Shown here in pieces: positions 54,664-64,000 of a DNA stretch of 64,000 nucleotides (its first letter is position 1; every line of letters starts with the position of its first letter). The notes beneath the pieces are model-generated. The model worked only from the letters and a program-made list of their open reading frames with translations, did no database searches and was not told where the DNA came from. The position numbers and the translations under genes were made by a program. Location: NCBI GenBank assembly GCA_964016885.1, contig OZ024743.1, forward strand, positions 229,586,001 to 229,650,000. The letters are read 5' to 3'. The stretch is from Eledone cirrhosa. Lineage: Eukaryota.

Positions 54664-54987
54664 GCTTTCTTTATTAACCACAAGGGTTTACATAGAGTAG
54701 ACATTAAGGACAGTACAGGACAATACAGGACGGTAAAAATGGGCATTTCTGCGTGTAAAAAAAAACAAAATGAGGATGTAACAAAAAATAACAATGAAAA
54801 ATTCCCCAATAGGGGGGAGGGGGGACTTCCGAGGGACATTTGTGGAGAAAGCCCATTAAAAGGCCACAGTGACCCTGACCACTAGGGCAAGTGCCCTCTC
54901 CCAGTTTTCCACCTTTAATTTACAGACACATACTCAGAGTAGGCCCATTCACTCGGGCCATACTTGCTTCTCTCACCCATCTTTCAA
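54664..54987 (-). mobile_element. 3'-terminal fragment of Tx1-like subfamily A
   Basis: Direct repeat of 48680 to ~48998. Confidence 0.92.
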
Positions 54988-54988
54988 T

Positions 54989-57222
54989 GATTTCTTTATT
55001 GGCCACAAGGGCTGACATCAAGAAAAACATAAATACGGCACAGGACGGTACAGGACGGTGCGATGTGGGTTTTGTGCGTGTAAATATTTTTATTATTTAT
55101 ATAAGAAAAGAAAAAAAAGAGATAGAAACATATATATATATAAACAATAAAAATGAAAATTGAAACAATGAAAAATTCCCCAATAGGGGGGAAACCTCCG
55201 AGAGCTATTCGTGGCGAAAACCACACAAAAGACCACGGCCACCCTGACCACCAGGGGAAGCGCCCTCTCTCAATTTTTCCATTTCTCAAACTATAGACGT
55301 ACATTCAGAGCGGTCCCATTCACTCGGACCATTCTCGCTACATTCACCCACCTTTCAAAAAACTTGCTAGAAGGCAGCACTTGCCTCTCCACCTTGATTT
55401 TCCTCTTCAAGTGAAACTTGAAAAAGTTAATTAGGGATTCGCCGAAGAGGAAAGTGTCTGTCTTTAACCCTTTCAACCTTGTCCACCACACAATCTCTTT
55501 CGCCATAGCCACCAGGCAGATAAAAACCGCCTCCCCTTCCTCCTCGAAGTAAGACGGCGAGACCATCTGCACAATGGACTCAGTCGATAACCGGATCAGT
55601 CCTGCACGCGACAGAAACTGTTCGACATAGCTCCACAAGTCAGCAATGCTCGGGCACTGAACGAGTGCGTGCACGACGGTTTCGTCGCTCTGTGCGCATC
55701 TCGGACAGGCTCGGCTGACGGCACTTCCGTGCCTGTAGAGCTTATCTCGAACCGGCAGCGCTCTCCGGTAGCACTGCCAGGCCAGGGATTTTTGGAAGTT
55801 ATCCATAGGCCCTAGGCTGAAAGTTCTCCGGAAGAGAGCAAACGGCTGATCTTCGACGGCCAGGATCTCTCCGAGAACGTCGTCGCTCTTCCCCTCCACT
55901 AGTCCTCTATAGAACGCCGAGGTGGATGTTACACCGATACTGGTGCCCAGCTGGCAGAGGGCAGTGAGCGCCTGGAGACATTCCAGTTTCCAAGCGCTAT
56001 ACCTCGGGCTTTTTCTGACCCAGGACTGCAGCTCCGCCAAGGAGATGAGCTGTGGGAAAACGTGCCTGACGAACGGCGTCCACACCTGTTCACCGTCAAG
56101 GAAACACCAGAGATGTCGCAGCCTCAGCACATGGTTGCGCATCATCAGCCATTGCATGCCCAGTCCTCCACACAACGGGTGTTGACAGCAGATGGATCGT
56201 CTGACAATGGGAGCGTGTCCCTTCCACAAAAAGTGGAAGAGGAGGCGCTCCATTTTGGTGAGAGTTGGGCCGGGGCTTAGGACAAGGTGAGGCGGTAGCA
56301 GATGACAGATGCGATGTACGCATTCGCCACCTCCGCCCGGCCTTTCAGGGACAGCTTCCTCTCGGCACATTTCTGGGTGAGGGAGGCCACCTTGCTCGTC
56401 ACCTCGCTCCAGGTTTTCTCCATCTGGAGGTCCGGTTCGAACTAGACCCTAGCAATTTAACCGGTGCGTCCGTCCAACGCCCCACAACGCTGTCGGACGG
56501 CATGGACTTGCCGAGTTGCAAGCCCACCGACTTTTCCTGGTTAATCTTTGCTCCTGTCACTGCTTCGTATTCCTTGATAGCGGTGCCGAGCATCTGGACG
56601 TGACTTGTGTGCGACACCACCACGGTGACGTCGTCGGCGTAAGTCGATTCGGATTTCCCGCAGTCTAGTTCGTGTGGGACGCCCCTCATCTCCCACAGTT
56701 TGTGCAATGACGGCTCGTGAGCCAATACGTACAAGAAGGACGAGAGGGGACAATCCTGGCGGACTGAGCGCATGATGCTGAACGGCTGCGACAAGTGAAC
56801 GTTCACCCTCACAACTGAGCAGATGTCGCTGTATATCGCAGCGATCCAACCCCTGAAAACGGGCCTGAAACCGGCTGCCTCGAGGACCGTCGCCAGGTAC
56901 CGATGGCCGACCCTATCAAATGCTTTGGATTGATCCAAGTTAATCAGGGCCCCACCCGTGCAAGGTTCCTTAACCACCCTCTCTATGATGTATCGCATGA
57001 GGTGGAGGTTGTCGTGTATGGATCTGTCCGGAATGGCGCATGTCTACGCCTATCCCACCAGACCCTTGACGACAAGCGCCAACCTCGTTGCTAACACCTT
57101 GGCCAAAATCTTGAACTCTGCGTTTAGCAGAGTTATGGGCCTGAAATTATTGATAACATCCCCCTTGTTCGGGTCTTTTCTCAGCAGCGCCACCGCTCCC
57201 CGGCTCACAAAACTGGGAATGC
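54989..57222 (-). mobile_element. Tx1-like LINE subfamily B, 5' truncated within RT
   Basis: ORFs 57050-57271, 56399-56998 (LDQSKAFD, YADD) and 55291-56370 (CPRC...ETVVHALVQC). The 3' UTR differs from subfamily A. Confidence 0.92.
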
Positions 57223-57250
<28 letters not shown>

Positions 57251-57253
<3 letters not shown>

Positions 57254-57490
57254 TGTTTCTACTTTTGGCACAAGGCCAGCAATTATCCCAGTGTATTACT
57301 GGTACATTATTTCATAGACCACGTAAGGATGAAAGGTAAAGTTAACCTCGGCGGGATTTGAAATTTATGGTCTGAGTTCAAATCCCGCCGAGGTTAACTT
57401 AGCCTTTCATCCTTACGAGGTCGATAAAATAAAGTACCAGTAATATACTGTGGTAATTGCTGGCTTTGTACCAAAAGTAAAAACAATTAT
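57251..57490. mobile_element. Head-to-head pair of truncated family-1 SINEs forming an imperfect palindrome
   Basis: Minus copy 57251-57362 and plus copy 57371-57490, with TAA/TTA repeats outside. Confidence 0.88.
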
Positions 57491-57496
57491 TATTAT

Positions 57497-59863
57497 TCCG
57501 AAATTCAGGACGCCCTTGTCGGCTGCATGAGGCGCAAGTCACCCGGGTTGGATGGCCTGCCCTACGAGTTTACGTAAATATGCCAGACTTGTTCTCCGAT
57601 CTCCTCGAAGCACTCTACTGCAACTGGCAGCAGAATGGGAGTATTCCAAGTTCTGTGAGCAGGGGAGTGGTGACGCTGATAAGGAAAGACGGAACAAGTA
57701 GGATACATTAGACAACTTCAGGCTCAAAACTCTGCTCAACACAGAGTTTATGATTTTGGCCAAGGTGTTAGCAAAGAGATTGGCGCTTGTCGTCGAGGAT
57801 TTGGTTGGGGAGGCGCAAACTTGCGAATCCCAGCCAGGTCCATACACGACAATCTCCACCTCATACCATACATCATAGAGAGGGTAAGGTGTAAACCTGG
57901 CTTCGGTGGGGAACTGATCAATGTAGATCAATCGAAAGCATTCGATACGGTCGACCATCGGCATCTGGAGTTTGTCCTCAAAGCAGCTGGCTTCGGCCTT
58001 GTCTTCAGAAGCTGGATCGCTGCAATGCACAGCGGCACACGCTCAGTGGTCAAGGTTAATGGCGACCTCTCGGAACCATTTCGGCTCTCCCGATCGGTCC
58101 GTCAAGGGTTCCCTCTCTCTTCCCTTCTGTATGTATTGACTCTCGAGCCTTTACTCGGAAGCTGGAGCTGTTGTTGGGCATCCCGATCGAACCGGGACGT
58201 GGAAAGACGGTGTCGGCTTATGCGGACGACATCACCATGATGGTGTCAAACACCTCAGTAATCGAGGTGGTCGGCACTTATTGAAGGAATATGAAAGGTT
58301 GACAAGAGCTAAACTTAACCCGGAAAAGTCGGTGGGCTTGCAGCTCGGAACCTGGAGAGGCAAGCCCAAGCCGTCCAATAGCATCGTGGGGCGCTACACG
58401 GACGGACGGGTAAAGTTGTTCGGGGTTTGGTTCGGACCAGACCTCCAGGTGGAAAAGAATCGGGACGAGGTAACGAGCAGAGTAGCCAGTCTCACCCCAA
58501 AATGGGCTGGGAGGAAGCTATCACTGAAAGGTCGCGCGGAGGTGGCGAATGCGTACATCGCGTCCGTCATCTACTACCGTCTGACCGTCGTGCCTTGCTC
58601 CCGTCCGCGCCTCGTCAAGTTGGAACGGCTCCGCTTCAAATTCTTGTGGAGGGGACAAGTTCCGTTGGTGAGGCGGTCCATCTGCTGCCAGCACCCTCTA
58701 CGCGGAGGGCTGGGCATGCCGTGGCTAATGATGGTCAGGTATGCGTTGAGGCTTCGACATCTCCAGATATTCTGCCTAAACGGTGAACAGGTGTGGTCGT
58801 CGTTTATCAGACTGGCCTTTCCGCAGCTCGTTTCTTTGACTGCGCTGCAGTCCTGGGTCAAGAAGAGACCGAGACTGGGTGATTGGCACCTGGAATGTTG
58901 CCAGGCACTCACTGCCCTCTACCAAGCGGGCAATGCTATCAGTGGAACTTCCACTCTCGAGTTCTATAGAGGATTAGTGGTGGGCAAGGGCGATGACGCA
59001 CTCGGAGAAGCTTTGGGCCTCGACGAAGTCGAACTGACCAGTCTGTACTGGAGGTCTTTCGAGCCGGGGACGATGGACAATTTCCAGAAATCCCTCGCTT
59101 GGCAATGCTACCGGGGGGCACTGCCGGTTCGGGATAAACTCTACAGGCACGGAAGTGCTGTCAGACGGACCTGCCCAAGATGCCCACAGAACGACGAAAC
59201 CGTTCTGCACGCACTTCTCCGATGCCCGTGCATTACTGACTTGTGGAGTTATGTCGAACAGCTACTGTCGCGTGTGGAACGAATCCGGCTATCGGCCGAG
59301 TCAATAGTGAAGATCGACCCGCCACCTTCCTTAAGTCAGGAAGAGCAGGAAATGTTCCTCTGTCTGGTGGCAGTTGCGAAAGAGGTTATATGGTGGACCA
59401 GATTAAAAGGACTGAAGGCACACTTTTCACTTCGGACAATCCCTCATCAACTTCTTCAAGTTTCACCTCGAAAGGAAGGTGAGGGTGGAGAGAGAAGTGC
59501 TGCCCCCAGTACATTTGCTAAAAGGTGGATGAATGTGGCGAGAATGACTCGTGTTAATGGGCCTACCCTGACCATGCGCCTATAGGCTAGCTAACTTGAG
59601 GAGAGGGGCGCTCTCCCTGGGTGCCATAGAAGCGCAGGGTGGTTCAGGATAGGTGGGTTACCCAAATCACCCCAGGGTCGTCCACCCCCTATCGGGGAAT
59701 TTATTTTGTTATATTTATGCATAGTTTATTTTATATATTTATATCTTCATTGTTAAATTAGTCTTGACATTGTATACTTTTACTCGACCTTATTATAAAC
59801 CCCTACTGTCCCTGTCTTTGTATTGTCCCCTACATGTCGGCCCTTGTGGCTAATAAATGAAAT
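57497..59863 (+). mobile_element. Tx1-like LINE subfamily C, 5' truncated at the start of RT
   Basis: KSPGLDGLPYE at ~57535; ORFs 57821-58240 and 58281-59585; AATAAA followed by (ATT)n. Confidence 0.92.
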
Positions 59864-59884
59864 CATTATTATTATTATTATTAT

Positions 59885-60936
59885 AGTTGCATTTATCTTG
59901 CTTTATGTTTATACGAGTTATCACCAAGTCACAACCAGTGACCTCAAGAGACAACAAGGTCCGCCATGTTCAAGAAAGAACATACATACACACACATGCA
60001 TCTTTAGTGTTTAGACTTGTGATGTACTTATGTTGACAGAATTTTCCTTAGTATATGGGCAGTTCCCATTAGTACTATCTTTTGTATTTCTCCTATACGC
60101 GGGTTTCCTGGGATTTGCGATAAGTAATCATTAGACCCCTTACGTATCATTCCTAGAGCGCCTACAACCACTGGTATTGGTTTAGTTCTCAATTTCCACA
60201 TTTTTCCACTTTCTATCTCCAGGTCCTTATACTTGCTTAATTTTTCAAATGTTTTTATAGATACATTCTTCTCTATTGGAACGGACATATCAATTAGCAG
60301 GCATACCCTCTTTTTAAAATCCTTCAGTATTATATCAGGTCTATTTGCATCTATTTTTCAGTCTGTTTGGATGCTAAAGTTCCACAAGATTTAAGATGTT
60401 ACCTTTTTCAAGTATGGAAGGTGGTTGATGCTCCCACCAATTCTTTTGATGGGGCAGGTCAAAATGCTTACAGATTATCCAATGTATGTATTGTGCAGCT
60501 CTGTCATGACTGTTTAGGTATTCGGTTGGAGCTATAGGACTGTACATTGAAATTATATGATCAATGGTCTCTGGTTGTTTTTTACATACACGGCATAATG
60601 GGATGCATCCATTTTTATTATGTTGGCTTGGTAATTTTTTGTTGGCAGACACTGATCTTGTGCTGATATAATCAGTCATTCAGTCTCCGATTTCAGTCCA
60701 GAGAATGCCAACCACTGATGGGTTAAAGTTTTGTCAACATCAAGATTGTTAGCTCTTTCTGGTTATTTTCCATACAGAGGCTTTTCTTGCCATTTCTTAG
60801 CCAGTTTCTGTAGCAGTTCTGTCTTTGCAGTTACTTTTACCTGCTTTGCTTCTTCTGTGTTTTCCATTTCAGCAGTAAATGGGACTTCTGAAATTTGTAG
60901 TCCATACTGTATCTTTGTGCATCTTTTATAATGGAG
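59885..60936 (-). mobile_element. R4/Dong 3' fragment (second family; CCHC plus RLE)
   Basis: PLCRVCKKQPETIDHII, SHDRAAQYIHW, EKLSKYKDLEIE, PVVVGALG; TAA repeats on both sides. Confidence 0.88.
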
Positions 60937-60956
60937 TATTACTATTATTATTATTA

Positions 60957-61369
60957 CAGCTTCACTTATCTTGCTTTATGTTCATACGAGTTATCACCAA
61001 GTCACAACCAGTGACCTCAAGAGATAACAAGGTCCGCCATGTTCAAGAAAGAACATACATACTCACACATGCATCTTTAGTGTTTAGACTTGTGATGTAC
61101 TTATATTGACAGAATCTTCCTTAGTATATGGGCAGTTCCCATTAGTACTATCTTTTGTATTTCTCCTATACGCGGGTTTCCTGGGATTTGAGATAAGTAA
61201 TCATTAGACTCCTTAGGCATCATTCCTGTTTTTTACATACACGGCATAATGGGCTGCATCCATTTTTTATTATGTTGGCTTTGTAATTTTTTGTAGGCAG
61301 ACACTGATCTTGTGCTGATATAATCAGTCCTTCAGTCTCCGATTTCAGTCCAGAGGATGCCAACCACTG
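60957..61369 (-). mobile_element. Tandem, internally deleted second copy of the R4/Dong 3' fragment
   Basis: Matches ~59885-60153 joined to ~60574-60718. Confidence 0.88.
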
Positions 61370-61382
61370 ATTATTATTATTA

Positions 61383-61746
61383 TTTGAAAAGGAAAATCAG
61401 GGTAGAGAGGGAAGTGCTCTCTTCCCAGCATTTTGTTGAAAGATGGGTGAGAGAAGCAAGTATGGCCCGAATGAATGGGCCTTCTCTGAGTATATGTCTG
61501 TAAATTAAAGGTGGAAAACTGGGAGAGGGCACTTGCCCTGGTGGTCAGGGCCACTGTGGTCTTTTAATGGGCTTTCTCCACAAATGTCCCTTGGAAGTCT
61601 CCCCCCTATTGGGGAATTTTTCTTTGTTATTTTTATTTCACTCTCTGTTTTTTTACACGAAGAAATGCCCATTTGTACCGTCCTGTATTGTCCTGTACTG
61701 TCCTTAAGGTCTACTTTATGTGAACCCTTGTGGTTAATAAAGAAAA

Positions 61747-61747
<1 letters not shown>
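61383..61747 (+). mobile_element. 3'-terminal fragment of Tx1-like subfamily A
   Basis: Reverse complement of ~48680-49051; (TTA)n on both sides. Confidence 0.92.
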
Positions 61748-61786
<39 letters not shown>

Positions 61787-64000
61787 GGCGACCTACGTAG
61801 GAAATCGTATTATCGTGAGCTCCGCAAAGGTTTGTTATTTCCGTTTGTTTAAAAATTGCCATTTATGGAAAATTTTATTGTAAACTGTTTATAAGCACAC
61901 ATACATTGTTTTCCGAAAAGGACAGCCAAAAAGATTGGGGCCTTGTGCCCAAAATTTTAACTTTTATTATTATCCAAAAATTTATTTGAAAAAAAATGGC
62001 TAATTCCCCTCTGCACGAAGCAGCTGAAAGCCTTCCTCACAAAATAACACCTCACACCGACACCACCATTGTAAATGTTACAACGTTTGCCAACACAAAA
62101 AAAAATATAAGCAGTAGCAATATTTTAAATTTGTCTCAGACAGACATTCATTTCCCGCCATTACCAATGACTGCAGGTGTTAAACCCTCCACCACCACCA
62201 CCACCGCGACAACCACCACCACCACCACCACCGCGACAACAGAAACAAAAGAAGAAAAAAATAAATTAACTCGTGACGTCGAAATGAAATCAAGCAAAAT
62301 GGACTCTTCCCCACCAAAGACGACTGACGCCACCACCACCACAACTGAAAATAAAATTAATATTAACGATAGCAACAACAACAACAATGACATTATAAAA
62401 CCGACCCTCAGTTTCGCCATCGTAGCAAAACAATTCGAAGCGTTCACGGTAACTCAAGAAGATTTAGAAAATGCCAAACAAATGGTAAAGAAAGATGGGT
62501 ACAGGGTCAGCCTCACCCCCCCCCCCCCCCACCTAATAAAATGGAGCATCGGCGCCTGTGCACCGTGTCGTATAGAACAATAAATGTAAAATCGCGCCGA
62601 GTGGAACGGGCATCCGAGTCCCAAATCCAAAAAGCTTTGGGACATGTGTGGGCAAGAAAAACCCACATCAGACGTGGGCAAAAGTATGGAACCGTGGATG
62701 TGTTCTTTGAAACACCAGAGGAGGCTAGAGAACACTCCATGGCCCCATTAAAAAGTGACGACTTCACACTCGTCCCAAGCTATTGTGGCCAGAGACTCGT
62801 AAAGATCAGGGTGACCCACGTTCCACCGGCCATCGAAATTCCCTGGCTAATAGCGGCTGTCATCGCCGGCATCGAGGCCAACACGAAAATAATAACAATA
62901 GCAAAAGAAAAGCAGGAAAACTGGTCCGGATCTGGGATGGAGCTCCTGATCCAAGCGGACCAAAAAAGCATTGAGGAGATCCCAGAGGTAATAGACCTCA
63001 CTGACGGCAGCCACCTCACGGTAATTGTCGAGGGCAGAAGACCTAGGTGTGTCGTTTGTGGTGAAGGAACCCACCTAAGGGCTTTCTGCCCTCAGGCTAA
63101 AAGGTTGAGGCCACCTCTCCTACCCACCCCAGTGACACAACCATCAACACCACCAGTAGCAGAGATGCCAGCAACCAACAACAGAAGCAACTATAACAGC
63201 AACAACCCCAGCAACAGTAGCATAACCAACACCACTACCACCACCAGCAAAACCAACACCACCACCACCCAACGCTTCAGAACTAGCACCAGCGCCTACA
63301 CCATCCACCACACCACAACCAAAACTAACGGCTGTGGAGGATTTTCCACTCCCCGGCCTATCACAACTGGAGACAGATTGTGACGACGAGGAGTGGGAAA
63401 CGATATCCGGAAAAAAAAAAGAAACCAAAAAAGAAAAAAATTCTCTTCCGTCCCCCTCCAAAAACAAAATACAGAGGGAAACAAATAAACTAAGAAACAA
63501 AAAAGTTAGGACAGATATGCCACCATCCACACCAGCATCACCAACCCCATCAACCCAAACACCAACACCATCACCATCATTAACTCCAACACCACCATCA
63601 CCTACACCACAAAAGTCACCAAAATGCGAAACAGAAACAAACCCACAACAAACGCAAACAAAACAAAACAACCAAAACGATACACACTACACAGCATTAA
63701 ATTTGAACAACAAGCATTTATTGCACTACATCCAACACAACACCAGCATCACAGAAAAAGACTACACAACAACCCCAAAATTCACACCACCTCCACACAT
63801 ACAAATCACTCGCATCACACAGAAAACGTACATGACACTAAAACAAAAATTCCCCAAAGACATCGGAGACTTCCGACAAGCACTCTCCAGGAGGATTTAT
63901 AAGGACATCCTTCCTGAGGAGGCCACAAGCAGTGAAAAGGATGGAAAAACCGTCCTTCCCCTACGAGAAGTAAGGTAAGTGGTCTTTCCCATCTTTTCCA
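61787..64000 (+). mobile_element. 5' part of a further Tx1-like LINE (5' UTR plus frameshifted ORF1), running off the window
   Basis: ATG at 61996; ORF pieces 61996-62583, 62541-63383 (CVVCGEGTHLRAFC) and 63334-63978. One frameshift falls in the poly-C run at ~62516-62530. Confidence 0.9.

Noticed and set aside
48680-54987. LTR retrotransposon, suggested by the direct terminal repeats
   Set aside because: The ORFs are APE plus non-LTR RT with no integrase or protease, and there are no TG..CA ends or PBS.

Overview
This is AT-rich, microsatellite-laden eukaryotic DNA. The tRNA-derived SINEs resemble octopod cephalopod repeats, which is an inference from recall. I see no convincing host gene, and almost all short ORFs in the track are translated microsatellites. 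Bases 1 to ~44 kb hold decayed Penelope-like retroelements (RT plus GIY-YIG, at least five families), two non-autonomous Helitrons, SINEs, a mariner remnant and long simple repeats. By eye this half carries about two dozen intact, variant or partial minimal type I hammerhead ribozyme motifs, many inside fold-back hairpins. The standout is a near-identical 595-bp tandem array (16246-18100). Each unit holds a hammerhead with a compensatory U3-A8 core, and the array is bracketed by inverted hammerhead-bearing Penelope termini, giving a retrozyme-like layout. Bases ~44-64 kb form a nest of non-LTR retrotransposons in (TAA)n/(TTA)n microsatellites. R4/Dong elements sit in one orientation and at least three L1/Tx1-like subfamilies sit in the opposite orientation. 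In two cases a short 3' fragment lies directly upstream of an intact 5' end, like a pseudo-LTR. All coordinates and folds were read by eye and no searches were run.
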